This document shows positions 10,322 through 20,525 of a DNA stretch of 64,000 nt, one piece after another. The notes beneath the pieces are model-generated. The model was not told where the DNA came from. It saw only the letters and a program-made list of their open reading frames with translations, and did no database searches. The stretch comes from a virus: IMG/VR virus record IMGVR_UViG_3300005805_000044. One strand, given 5' to 3'. Every line of letters starts with the position of its first letter. Within the stretch, counting starts at the first letter, position 1. The position numbers were made by a program, and so were the translations under genes.

Positions 10322-11499
10322 AAAATCATTTCGCTGATCGTTTTATATTGGTCGGTATTAAATTTATCTTTCATGCCATGAATATTATAGGCATTCAAAA
10401 TTGAAACCATATCATTTTCTTTTTCATATATTCCAATGGTTCTATTTAAATTTTCTTCGTATATACTATAAAATTCAAAATCATTAGGATTTTCTATAGA
10501 ATGTAATAGTTCACGCATCAATAAACATCTACGATATGGTTCAACAATTTCCAAATTATTACAGTTTGTTGGTTCTAAACGCTTTTGTCTATACATTGAT
10601 GGAATATAGTCATGTTCACCATATTCACCCTTAAATGGTTTCCAAAACCTATTTGATAAAAATGTAGATAAAGATCCCACATGAAAATCAACAGATGTGG
10701 TTTTGATACTATCAATTAACTGATTATCATGTAAACTTGAATGATATGTTCTATATACATGTTGATCATTAATATTTTCAGGTGTATTTGATAACAACTT
10801 TATTTTTTTCAATTCTGGATTATTATATAGTTCGTATGAATACGCAACAAATGTATCTCCATTACACTCTCTATCCAATACAACTTGTTCGTCACCAATT
10901 TTTATAACGCTTCCAGATGGCCAATTTTTTGAATAAAACTCTCTTGATGATTTAATTAAAAATTTTTTCTTTGACAAAAATAATGTAGGCCAGAAACTAA
11001 GAGCCGAGTCGGCCAGTGGTAATTTTGTATCAATTTGTAATCCGGGTCTATTGCGAACCAAAGGTCTCAACGAATCCAGAAAATATGGTGTTGCGGAACC
11101 CCTTGTAACACCTAACACATCATATTCATTTGTAAAATAGTCGTCAATATGTTCCATCAACAAGTGAGGATTTATAATAAAATCATCCTCTTCCATCAAT
11201 AAAACGTTTTCTTGTATATCTGGTTCATATTTGTTCAACATCAAATCTATATTAAGTCCATGTTGTGCAACCAAATATTCAAAGTTGTCACGTATATTTG
11301 GAAATTTTCTATACAATCTGGTGAGATAGTTCTGTATGAAAATAAAATCCATAGGATTCAATTTACCCATACAATCGACTGATATGAACATGTTTTCAAA
11401 AATATGTGCATACTTTTGTAAGTTGGTTAACCAACAATACATGATAAGTGGTTCACCAGTCGCAGGTAATAATAGTGATATTTTTCGTTCGTTACTCAT
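10318..11499 (-). CDS. Divergent GT-A-like glycosyltransferase
   Basis: LLLP start, QHG, MEEDDF, FWPTLF, GDTF, FHVGSLS. Confidence 0.5.
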   Translation of the reverse strand: MSNERKISLLLPATGEPLIMYCWLTNLQKYAHIFENMFISVDCMGKLNPMDFIFIQNYLTRLYRKFPNIRDNFEYLVAQHGLNIDLMLNKYEPDIQENVLLMEEDDFIINPHLLMEHIDDYFTNEYDVLGVTRGSATPYFLDSLRPLVRNRPGLQIDTKLPLADSALSFWPTLFLSKKKFLIKSSREFYSKNWPSGSVIKIGDEQVVLDRECNGDTFVAYSYELYNNPELKKIKLLSNTPENINDQHVYRTYHSSLHDNQLIDSIKTTSVDFHVGSLSTFLSNRFWKPFKGEYGEHDYIPSMYRQKRLEPTNCNNLEIVEPYRRCLLMRELLHSIENPNDFEFYSIYEENLNRTIGIYEKENDMVSILNAYNIHGMKDKFNTDQYKTISEMIL

Positions 11500-12491
11500 A
11501 CAAGATTTGCCATAAATGACTTAATTGCGATAAATTCTTCATCGAAATTAGAAACTGTATTGAATTTTTTGATTATGTAGTTGCTAACTTCTTCATAATT
11601 TTCAGTCATTTCTCTGATTTTAAATTCAATTTCTTTTTGTGATTTACCATTGACATCAATAATAGTCTTACCATCTTCAAACATCAATGATGCTGTATTT
11701 CCTATCCATCCATTCCAATCAACACCCATGTGCGTGCTATCGGTAATTACTGGTTTACCACATGCAAACGCATTGTGAACATTATGACCATATCCTTCAT
11801 CCACAATCTTACAATGAAATAAGAATCCAAGGTTTCTTATAAACTGTGCCATTTCATCTTCACCATTGTAAATATATCCATCTCGGTTACCAGCACCATG
11901 GGCTTTGAATGTGTAGTCCGGCATGTCCTTTTCAAGTCCATAGAACAATTCCGGCATTTGCATAAAATGTTGAAGATTAGCAATTGATTTTCTATTGCAA
12001 TTTAATTCTTGTCTAAACTTAGTAGTGTCAAATTCTTGATGATAAAATACTTTGTTTTGACATGGATATTGAACATAACAAGGCCAAGAGCTTGATAATA
12101 TATTTTCAAACTTAGTTGGTTGTGCCCATAATGGAATGTTGTTACCAATTTGAAAAATTAATTTGCAACGTAAATCGTATTGTTTTATCAATGTTTGCCA
12201 ACTATGATAATTCTCAAGCAACGTGCATACTACAACATCATAGTAATTGTCTTTAAACTTTTCATAAGAGGCAAGACCTATATGAGGTAAGTATTTTTTA
12301 AAATAAGTGTTATCAAGTTCAGGCGTGATTGTATATCTACCCACTTCTTGAGAATAATTACTATATACAGACCCATCAAAATACCAGTCCCAGCCAGAAG
12401 GAATGTCTAATTCATAGTTTAGTCGTTCCTTAAAAAGGATATAAATGGATCTAAGTAGGGATATGTGGTGGTAATCAGCTAAAACTTTCAT
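11496..12491 (-). CDS. GT-B fold (GT4-like) glycosyltransferase
   Basis: DYHH..L start, G.GNRDG, EGYGHNVHNAFACGKPVI. Confidence 0.6.
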   Translation of the reverse strand: MKVLADYHHISLLRSIYILFKERLNYELDIPSGWDWYFDGSVYSNYSQEVGRYTITPELDNTYFKKYLPHIGLASYEKFKDNYYDVVVCTLLENYHSWQTLIKQYDLRCKLIFQIGNNIPLWAQPTKFENILSSSWPCYVQYPCQNKVFYHQEFDTTKFRQELNCNRKSIANLQHFMQMPELFYGLEKDMPDYTFKAHGAGNRDGYIYNGEDEMAQFIRNLGFLFHCKIVDEGYGHNVHNAFACGKPVITDSTHMGVDWNGWIGNTASLMFEDGKTIIDVNGKSQKEIEFKIREMTENYEEVSNYIIKKFNTVSNFDEEFIAIKSFMANLV

Positions 12492-13645
12492 ATTAGTCTT
12501 TCAATAAATACACGAATCTTTTGGTATTCTTCATCAAAATCAACAACTTCTTTAAATTTATTCATCGCATTTTGTTGAATGTCTGAATAATTGTCAGCAC
12601 ACCACTTTAATCTATTAACCACGCTATCATAGTTATATTTACCCCAATCAACAAATGTAGGTTTGGTTCCATAGTTTTCTGTGTCTAATAATAATTGTGA
12701 TGTAAACCATTCGTCTGGATTACCTCCACTGCACATGTGACTACTATCGGTTATCAACACACTTCCAATTGCGTAAGCTTGATGTATGTTATATCCATAT
12801 CCATCACCAACTGGTTTAACATGATAAACAAAACCAGATTCATTCATCACTCTAGCTATATCATAGTCTGTCTTTAATTCACCATCACGATTGCCTACGC
12901 CATAAGCATTAATTGTCCAATCAGGCAAACGTCGTTCTAATTCATACAGTCCGCCAAGTGTATTACAATTATGACGTATATTGCTTATACTCTTAACATC
13001 TTTAATAGTATTGTCATTTTTAAATATATTCAAATCAAACTCTGGGTGAAAGTATACCATATTACACTTTTTACCATTTCGTCTGTTTTGAAATATTTTG
13101 TGCATACCCTTATACAATTCTTTCTTTTGAAACTTTTTGTATAAAGCTTGCATTGTCCAACCATGAATATCTTCACCCGACACAAATGTGTATGTGGTTG
13201 AATTTAAAAAGTTTGGAACATTAATACTAACATTTCCCCAATTGTTTCCCGCTTCAAATATAAATTTCGCTTGTGGTTGATGGTCCTTAAGCAACTTCAT
13301 ATAAACCGGAATATGTGCTGGAACCGTCGCAATAATAATGTCAAATTTTGTCTGACAGAATTTTTCAAAATCAATTCCTTTATAAGGCAATTTACCATCA
13401 TTTGAATTGACAGTTACGGTTCCATCTTCATTATCTGTAAATGTCTGAAGCCCGTCGTTTCCAAACTGGTTGATCAAAAATTGTTGTGCTACACTCTCAA
13501 TATTAGAATCAACAATTCTCCAATAACCTTGTTTATAAAATTCCATTCCATACGGAACATATAATTCAGCACCCATTCTTTTTTCAAATAGGTGACACAT
13601 TGAATTTACCAAATCTCTATGATGAAAATCACAAAATACTTTCAT
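12488..13645 (-). CDS. GT-B fold (GT4-like) glycosyltransferase
   Basis: DFHH..L start, GVGNRDG, DGYGYNIHQAYAIG. Paralog of 11496..12491. Confidence 0.6.
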   Translation of the reverse strand: MKVFCDFHHRDLVNSMCHLFEKRMGAELYVPYGMEFYKQGYWRIVDSNIESVAQQFLINQFGNDGLQTFTDNEDGTVTVNSNDGKLPYKGIDFEKFCQTKFDIIIATVPAHIPVYMKLLKDHQPQAKFIFEAGNNWGNVSINVPNFLNSTTYTFVSGEDIHGWTMQALYKKFQKKELYKGMHKIFQNRRNGKKCNMVYFHPEFDLNIFKNDNTIKDVKSISNIRHNCNTLGGLYELERRLPDWTINAYGVGNRDGELKTDYDIARVMNESGFVYHVKPVGDGYGYNIHQAYAIGSVLITDSSHMCSGGNPDEWFTSQLLLDTENYGTKPTFVDWGKYNYDSVVNRLKWCADNYSDIQQNAMNKFKEVVDFDEEYQKIRVFIERLI

Positions 13646-14694
13646 AATTTATCAAAAAATTGTTTCCATTGATGTTTAATATTTTCTGCTCCAAAATGTT
13701 GAATAGCAGATTTTCTTCCATTTTCACTGATTTTTCTTCTTAAATCAGAGTTTGTCATAACTTCACGAATACATTGTTTTAAATCAGCAATGCTATTGCT
13801 ACAAAAACCATTTTCGCCATGATTTATCAATTGACTTACTTCATAAGGAAACTTACCAACTTTGCTTGCTAATTCGGTTCCCAAAGCGACAATTGGTATA
13901 CCACTCATCCACGCCTCAATAAAATTCAACGTATATGAAGCAGGCCATGTTCCACTATACAAATAAACTTTATTCTTTGATAGTTCGTGTATTTGGTCTT
14001 GATAAGATAACTCACCACTATTCATAGGAGCAGCTTGGTTACCAGGTCCAAACAACTTGAAGTTAAAATCTTTAGCCACATTTCGTATGAGATCATATCT
14101 ACAGTGATCACCTCTACCAATTACATTTTGACCAAACGTCATTACATAATTTTGATCACCAATGTATGGTAAATAATCAGATTCATATTTTGCAAAACGA
14201 ATCAAAGCATCTTCACCACAATAATTTTCCAATTCACGTTCCAAAGGACTGTATCTTATAATCTTAAGTCCTTCATCACGATATTTTTTCATTTTTGCTT
14301 CAACGTCACCTGTAGATTGACCTATTGTTCTCCAAATGACAGTTTTGTGTTTGATTCGATCCCAATTCTGTTCAATAAATCTGGGAAGATGCATTATCAT
14401 AATAACATCAAATGCTTCAATCATTGCATCTGTCAATAGATTGTTATACTGTTCTGGCTTTACTTCGGGATTGCTTGAATTTACGTGACACATGTCATAA
14501 AACTTTTGAAGATACACTTCTTTATCATCAATGTTCAATGGTGGTCTTCTATCAACAACAGGTGTTTTTGGACGATGATATGCATCATTAGTAAATACAT
14601 CATGACCCAATTCATGCAATAGACGCAATTCGTCATACTCCAAAACACAATGACAACATAAATATAATATTTTTTTCATTTTAATTATAGACAA
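13642..14694 (-). CDS. GT4-family glycosyltransferase
   Basis: LNFIEAWMSGIPIV, INHGENGF, ISENGRK C-terminal GT4 motifs. Confidence 0.75.
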   Translation of the reverse strand: MSIIKMKKILYLCCHCVLEYDELRLLHELGHDVFTNDAYHRPKTPVVDRRPPLNIDDKEVYLQKFYDMCHVNSSNPEVKPEQYNNLLTDAMIEAFDVIMIMHLPRFIEQNWDRIKHKTVIWRTIGQSTGDVEAKMKKYRDEGLKIIRYSPLERELENYCGEDALIRFAKYESDYLPYIGDQNYVMTFGQNVIGRGDHCRYDLIRNVAKDFNFKLFGPGNQAAPMNSGELSYQDQIHELSKNKVYLYSGTWPASYTLNFIEAWMSGIPIVALGTELASKVGKFPYEVSQLINHGENGFCSNSIADLKQCIREVMTNSDLRRKISENGRKSAIQHFGAENIKHQWKQFFDKL

Positions 14695-15110
14695 GATAGA
14701 CTTGGGTGTTCACACACTTGAGAAAAACAAAGACCGAGCGACCTAGTATCATTCTCTGGCATATACGTATCAGTTTCGACAGTTAAATAACTAGTTCCAA
14801 CACAATTAATTACAAATGTATACGGTTTATTAGGTGTCAATTTATAAGTTACGTTAATCTTATTATTATAGATTTTAACTTCTCTACCAATTGGACAATG
14901 AATTTTAATTCTCAATGCCGATATATTTTCATAATTAATAGTTGTCTTTGGATGGGACCATCGAAACTTGTTACCGTCCAAATCTTTTTCAACTTCATGC
15001 CAGTCAGTTCCACTCAATGTTAACGTGCTAGCACTATTGAAAGATCTTACACTAAACGTGTTCTTTAGTCTATCCAAAAATGATTGATTGATTATTATTG
15101 CGTCATCCAT
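14685..15110 (-). CDS. Stand-alone beta-sandwich-like module (W..E..FRWSHP / DTRSLG), paralog 1
   Basis: Motifs shared with 16538..16978. Confidence 0.5.
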   Translation of the reverse strand: MDDAIIINQSFLDRLKNTFSVRSFNSASTLTLSGTDWHEVEKDLDGNKFRWSHPKTTINYENISALRIKIHCPIGREVKIYNNKINVTYKLTPNKPYTFVINCVGTSYLTVETDTYMPENDTRSLGLCFSQVCEHPSLSCL

Positions 15111-15117
15111 AACTTTA

Positions 15118-16536
15118 CTATTTTACTTTTGATTCCATTAAAGCATAGGTATGATCCAAGTCGGGATAAGCCCATTCTTGGTCGCTAGTATAGTTAGCAC
15201 TAAACGTTTCCATACCTTGAATACTTCCAATTTTATAATTTACTAGTCCAGGGTGGTTTTCACCTAAAAAATCAATATGACCACTATATCCAGTTGCAAT
15301 GACATCTTTTTTGAGATGAAATGCTTCGAATATAGTCAAACCAAATCCTTCTGATTTAGTCAGACTTACATAACAGTCGCCGAAACTATGAAGACTTAAC
15401 ATCTCACGTTCATTCAAATTTATCAACAACAAATGAATACTCTTTCCCAACTTATTTGTCAATAACGACAATTTGTTTACAATATAATTGATGTTTGTTA
15501 GAGTATAGTCTTTATAGTGAACTTTTAAAAGAAGTTGAGTATCTTGATATTTATCGTTTAATTTATCAAACACTTTTACCAATTCTTCGATACTTTTTCG
15601 AGCTGTAAGCTCTCCAATACAGTAAAATGTATATTTCGATTTACTTAATTCAGTTCCAAAACAATCCGTAATATTTATCTTATTTTTACTCAACAATTTT
15701 TGGTCAAACCAAACATGTGGAACCACTTCTATTTTAGATTTAACTCCACAATTTTCATATACAGTTTTGTTATAGTGTGATGGCACCCATACTTCTGGTA
15801 ACATATTGATACAATCAACCCATTTAGAAGGAAGTTTACTACTTTCCCAAGCACAATATCCTACAACACGTTTGTATTTAGAACATTCGTATTTTCTTAT
15901 AAATTCAGGCCACAAATCAGGAGTTGAATGTAATGTAATTTGATCTTTTCCACTTAATGTTCTATTTATTGCGCTTTCTGCGAGAGCATTGACATAATTT
16001 GTAGTGTCTAATTTACTACTGTCAAATTTTAACGTATGCCAACAAACTGGTATACCATTAGTAACATACTCTGCCACATAACCTTTTGCAGCACTCGCAT
16101 AACCAGATGTTCCATACTGACCAACGTAATATACAGAATCTACAACATCTAATTCAATATTAGATCTATTAAACAACTTAATCATTGATATTTTTTTCAA
16201 TGATTCTTTTTTAGGAAAATCATATTTTGGATACACGATAATGTCACAAAATATTTTTTCTTTTTCAAATACATTTAGTGTTCTATTTACAAGAAATTGT
16301 AAAAATTTATTTTCTTCAAAACTGCTGTTGACAAATACGAAAACTTTGTTAATTTTTTTAATTAATTCGCTATAAATACCAACGCCATTCAGAGACTCCA
16401 AATCATCAATCAAATAAATTTCAATGTCATTTTCTGACGATAATGTATCAAGAAGATTTTTATTTTTTGATATCAATACAAGAGAACTGGCTTTTTCTTT
16501 TAAAAAATCAATTTTATTTTGATTATATTTTTCCAT
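15118..16536 (-). CDS. GT4-family glycosyltransferase with N-terminal extension
   Basis: GTSGYA, AWE, RK, SEGFGLTIFEA, TGYSGH.DF. Confidence 0.8.
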   Translation of the reverse strand: MEKYNQNKIDFLKEKASSLVLISKNKNLLDTLSSENDIEIYLIDDLESLNGVGIYSELIKKINKVFVFVNSSFEENKFLQFLVNRTLNVFEKEKIFCDIIVYPKYDFPKKESLKKISMIKLFNRSNIELDVVDSVYYVGQYGTSGYASAAKGYVAEYVTNGIPVCWHTLKFDSSKLDTTNYVNALAESAINRTLSGKDQITLHSTPDLWPEFIRKYECSKYKRVVGYCAWESSKLPSKWVDCINMLPEVWVPSHYNKTVYENCGVKSKIEVVPHVWFDQKLLSKNKINITDCFGTELSKSKYTFYCIGELTARKSIEELVKVFDKLNDKYQDTQLLLKVHYKDYTLTNINYIVNKLSLLTNKLGKSIHLLLINLNEREMLSLHSFGDCYVSLTKSEGFGLTIFEAFHLKKDVIATGYSGHIDFLGENHPGLVNYKIGSIQGMETFSANYTSDQEWAYPDLDHTYALMESKVK

Positions 16537-16537
16537 G

Positions 16538-16978
16538 TCAGTTCAAAACAATAGTGTCTTCTGAAGTAATTGAATAATATTGAACACCCAAAGAACGTGT
16601 GTCACTTTCTGGATTAAATGGATCCACCCTAATAGTAATTTCATCCGCACCATAGGTAGATACAATTATTTTGTATTGATGTTCCGGCAATAAAACAATG
16701 GTCTCATCAATATCTTTTGACTTGAAAGAAATTTCTCTTCCAATTGGATCAGAAAGAACAAATACGGTTTTATCTACATTTTGAATTTTGACTTTTGTCA
16801 ATGGATGAGACCATCTAAAAGGTTTATCATTTGCCTGTTCTAATCCATACCAAAGATCATTATCTCGTTGAATTTTTTTCTCCACTTTTAGTCCCGATAT
16901 TTTCTTTGCAAATGTTTTTATCAAAGACATATATTTTGAATAAAATGGCTGATTTAATTTGATTGTTTTGGTGCTCAT
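16538..16978 (-). CDS. Stand-alone beta-sandwich-like module (W..E..FRWSHP / DTRSLG), paralog 2
   Basis: WYGLE...FRWSHP...DTRSLG. Confidence 0.5.
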   Translation of the reverse strand: MSTKTIKLNQPFYSKYMSLIKTFAKKISGLKVEKKIQRDNDLWYGLEQANDKPFRWSHPLTKVKIQNVDKTVFVLSDPIGREISFKSKDIDETIVLLPEHQYKIIVSTYGADEITIRVDPFNPESDTRSLGVQYYSITSEDTIVLN

Positions 16979-16995
16979 ATATTACATAGGTTTAT

Positions 16996-17023
16996 AACAT
17001 ACCATAACTAGATATGATGTCAA
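16996..17023 (-). promoter_or_regulatory. Sigma70-type promoter
   Basis: TTGACA-16-TATGTT with TG extension, upstream of 16978. Confidence 0.45.
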
Positions 17024-17088
17024 TATGACAATTTATTATATTTTAATCTTGTGTTACAATGTCATAACTGTTGAATATATATAGTTGA

Positions 17089-17559
17089 ATGAAGTTTATT
17101 AGTCACAGAGGAAATACAGTCGGTAGACACAAGATTTATGAAAATTGTCCGTCCACCATTCAAAATGTTATATCCATTGGTTATGGTGTTGAAATTGATG
17201 TCTGGTATAAAAACAATAAATTTTTCTTGGGTCACGATGAGCCTGAATGGGAAATTTCAGATCAATTTTTTAAAAACAATTATCAACAATTATTAATTCA
17301 TTGTAAAAACGATGAAGCATTATTTAGATTAAACACCATTCCTATATTGGAACTTTTTACTCATGCTGATGATCCATTCACATTATCAAGCAAAAATGTT
17401 ATATTAATTCATCCACATACTGTTACTACACTAAGAAAAGGCATACTTATAATGCCAGAGATGTCGCACTATACCATCAATGAAATACTTGAATTTGATG
17501 GTATTGTCAGCGACAACATTAAATTTTATGAAAATTGTTATAACTCTATCAGGAAATAG
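17089..17559 (+). CDS. Small PLC/GDPD-like phosphodiesterase
   Basis: ISHRGN, EN, VEIDVW, LGHDEP, IHCKN, GIVSD motifs. Confidence 0.7.
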   Translation: MKFISHRGNTVGRHKIYENCPSTIQNVISIGYGVEIDVWYKNNKFFLGHDEPEWEISDQFFKNNYQQLLIHCKNDEALFRLNTIPILELFTHADDPFTLSSKNVILIHPHTVTTLRKGILIMPEMSHYTINEILEFDGIVSDNIKFYENCYNSIRK

Positions 17560-18352
17560 TGAGAGATTCACGTCTAAGGGATATCCAATCAAGTCTCTAA
17601 TAAAGATTGAGGATAAACGAATCATAGACTATGTTTTAGACATGTTTCCAAATGTAGACGACAAAGATTTTTTGTTTATTGTAAGACGTGAAGATTTGTC
17701 TACACATGGAATTGATAGAGCAATACTTCAATCCAAAGTGTCTAAGATTTTTGCAATAGACAAAAATAATCTTGGACCAGTATATTCCATTTCAAATGCG
17801 TTTGATAGTATACCCGATGATGAAGAAATTGTAGTCTCATACTGTGACTTTACACAAAAGTGGAACTTTGAAGAATTTATAAAATTTTGTAGAGAATCAA
17901 ATTCAGATGGATGTTTGGTAACACATGTCGGATTTGTTCCTCATAAATTATACAACAAATCATTTGCATTTTTGACGGTCAATGAACAAGATAACACAGT
18001 TTCTTATGTTCACGAAAAGAAGCCAATTGATCAAGTAAAACCAAACGAGCCCGCATCAAATGGTATTTATTATTTTAAATCAGGTGCTTTACTCAAAAAA
18101 TACTTCAAACGATTGATGGATGAAAAGGTTTGTGTAAATGGTGAATATTATGTTACTGTGCCATACAATTTAATGATTAACGACGGTCTAAAAATAACTC
18201 ACTACGTAGCAAACAAATACGCGTGTCTAGGTATTCCTACAGACGTTGAGTGTTATAAATCATGGAAATATATAATTGAAAACAATAATGTAAATGAAAA
18301 GTCTGTGGTAGAAGTATATAAGTTTTGGAAAGACTATTTTCGATCAACGTGA
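17528..18352 (+). CDS. BcbE-like sugar nucleotidyltransferase (divergent copy)
   Basis: VITLSGNSERF...PIKSLI, YCD, EKKP, NGIYYF, NGEYYV, LGIP.D. ATG at 17528. Confidence 0.75.
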   Translation: MKIVITLSGNSERFTSKGYPIKSLIKIEDKRIIDYVLDMFPNVDDKDFLFIVRREDLSTHGIDRAILQSKVSKIFAIDKNNLGPVYSISNAFDSIPDDEEIVVSYCDFTQKWNFEEFIKFCRESNSDGCLVTHVGFVPHKLYNKSFAFLTVNEQDNTVSYVHEKKPIDQVKPNEPASNGIYYFKSGALLKKYFKRLMDEKVCVNGEYYVTVPYNLMINDGLKITHYVANKYACLGIPTDVECYKSWKYIIENNNVNEKSVVEVYKFWKDYFRST

Positions 18353-19158
18353 ACTTTCATGAATACGTTCTTCATGTATTGTTCTTCTATTTCAGTCTTA
18401 ATCCACATAGGATTATAACCAGTAAATGCCTTTATAAACTTGTCTTTGGGTATTTTTGAATAATCTTCCAGTAGATTGTGTTCTAAAGCCATGTCGAGAT
18501 CAAGGAGTTTCATGGTCAGTCTATTTGTGACCATCAAATAATAAGCATACACAATATAATCAAAATCTAACCAACATATTTCATGTTTGATTTTTTCATA
18601 ATCAATATAATGTAGAAATTCTTGGTAATAAGATTTGTGGTATACGGGTATGTCATTAAACCAAAAAAATGTCTTAAAATTGTGTGTCAATATTTCCAAT
18701 AACTTTTGATCTTCTGATTTGAAAAACTTTACACAGTTTGTCACTATTTGACTTTGTAGACTTTTTATGTGTGGATTATCATGAATGAAGTTTGCATGTA
18801 TTTTTTGTTGATTGACAAATTGATCAAACATTGTATTGTAGTCAACCTTTTTTACAAACAAAGAATCAACATCCATCACTGCTATATTCACATAATCTGT
18901 ATTACTGTATATGTGATTTAGCCCGAACCACTTTTTTGTTGTAATTATGCCTTTTAATTCTGGATCATATGAATCGGTGTATATAATCGATTTATACTTT
19001 ACATCATACTGTTTATTAAAATCTTCATGTTCTTTTTCACTGGAAAATACCAAGAAGATATTATCATCATCAAATATATCATTATAACTTTTAACAAAAT
19101 CATAACCGTATCTAAACTTAGCGTCATGAATTGGTGCTAAAAAACAAGATTTATTCAT
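18334..19158 (-). CDS. Putative GT-A-like glycosyltransferase
   Basis: LAPIH start, KKWFG, VMDVDS (DxD). Confidence 0.45.
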   Translation of the reverse strand: MNKSCFLAPIHDAKFRYGYDFVKSYNDIFDDDNIFLVFSSEKEHEDFNKQYDVKYKSIIYTDSYDPELKGIITTKKWFGLNHIYSNTDYVNIAVMDVDSLFVKKVDYNTMFDQFVNQQKIHANFIHDNPHIKSLQSQIVTNCVKFFKSEDQKLLEILTHNFKTFFWFNDIPVYHKSYYQEFLHYIDYEKIKHEICWLDFDYIVYAYYLMVTNRLTMKLLDLDMALEHNLLEDYSKIPKDKFIKAFTGYNPMWIKTEIEEQYMKNVFMKVHVDRK

Positions 19159-20518
19159 GTTTGTAATTTTTAAGAAAATATTCTAAATCTTCAGGTGTTC
19201 CCAACCCCCACATTTTTTCAATGTTGTAGGTTCTAACTTTCTTTCCATCTTGAATGGCCTCATTAAATACAGGGCACACATAAAACTCGTTGTTGACTCT
19301 GATGTTCTTATTGATCATCTGTTCAGCATACTTGACATAATCAGAGCCACGACGCCAATAATAAACTCCCACAGTGGCAACATCACTGATTGGCTTCTTT
19401 TCAGCAACCTCAGTAACATATCCAAATTCATTTAACTTCGCAAAACTCCATTTTGGATGTGTTGATTTAAATGTAAGAATATTAGCATCCAAATCACTTG
19501 CACCACAATGATACATAAAGTCGTCACTATCCCATTCTACAAACTGATCACTATTAGCAATTATAAGAGGATCATTGTTATTAATATATTCCTTTGCTAA
19601 TAATGTGGTGATAGCAGCTCCTTCGGTCACTCCCTCTATCTGAATAATTTTGTTGTTTGGACAAAAATTATTTATTGTGTCTTTGAGATTATACTGTTCA
19701 TAATGACCTTTTTGAACAATAAAAATATACTTGGCATCCACATTCAAATTATCAACAACCCATTGAATCATTGGCTTACCACGAACGTCAATCAGTGGTT
19801 TAGGAAAAGTATATCCAGCTTTTTCAAATCGACTTCCCGCTCCTGCCATTGGAATGATTACGTTCATTTTCCCCCCTTGCCATTTGGGTCTTTTGATATT
19901 TTTATTGATACAATCTATATGTTCTATAATATTTTCATACGTAATATCGTGTGGATTATTCACACCAAGTAAATAAGCACCGCTATTATTTGCAGCATTA
20001 CGTCCAATAACACTGTCCTCAACAATAAGAGTTTCTTTTGGTGTAACACCAGATTGAATCATCGATTTCAAATAAATTTCAGGATGTGGTTTTGAATGTT
20101 TAACATCTTCATTTGACAGATAAAAATCAATATACTCTAAAAGTCCCAATTTCAAAAGTGTGATCTTAACACTATCACGAATACTGTTACTAGCTACCGC
20201 AATTTGACACTTTTGTTTGAGTTTCTTAAGAACTTCTATTAGTCTAACATCGGGTTGCAACTCTCTTAACATCTGAGAAGTATAAAGTTGTTTACGCATC
20301 CATATACTTTCAAACTCCATCCCACTCAGTCCTTTTTCTCTACCAAGAATTTCCAATTTTTTATATGTGCTTAATCCATCATACTTAGAAAGATGTTCTT
20401 GATATGAAATTTCATATTTTGAATCAACATCACGTAATGCTTTATTTAAAGCATCATAATGAAGTTTTTTAGTCTCTACCAATACACCATCTAAATCAAA
20501 AATGATCAATTTAATCAT
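19151..20518 (-). CDS. HAD phosphatase fused to BcbE-like sugar nucleotidyltransferase
   Basis: N-terminal FDLDGVL, VASN, KPHPEIY, VEDS..G. C-terminal IIPMAGAGSRF..PKPLI, NSDQ, AEKKPIS, NNEFYV, LGTPEDL. Confidence 0.88.
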   Translation of the reverse strand: MIKLIIFDLDGVLVETKKLHYDALNKALRDVDSKYEISYQEHLSKYDGLSTYKKLEILGREKGLSGMEFESIWMRKQLYTSQMLRELQPDVRLIEVLKKLKQKCQIAVASNSIRDSVKITLLKLGLLEYIDFYLSNEDVKHSKPHPEIYLKSMIQSGVTPKETLIVEDSVIGRNAANNSGAYLLGVNNPHDITYENIIEHIDCINKNIKRPKWQGGKMNVIIPMAGAGSRFEKAGYTFPKPLIDVRGKPMIQWVVDNLNVDAKYIFIVQKGHYEQYNLKDTINNFCPNNKIIQIEGVTEGAAITTLLAKEYINNNDPLIIANSDQFVEWDSDDFMYHCGASDLDANILTFKSTHPKWSFAKLNEFGYVTEVAEKKPISDVATVGVYYWRRGSDYVKYAEQMINKNIRVNNEFYVCPVFNEAIQDGKKVRTYNIEKMWGLGTPEDLEYFLKNYKHE

Positions 20519-20525
20519 AAAATTG

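Noticed and set aside
19867-19876. G6 run at the HAD/NTase junction as a phase-variable tract or internal RBS
   Set aside because: Explained by Gln-Gly-Gly codons, too short for a convincing contingency tract, and the frame is intact.
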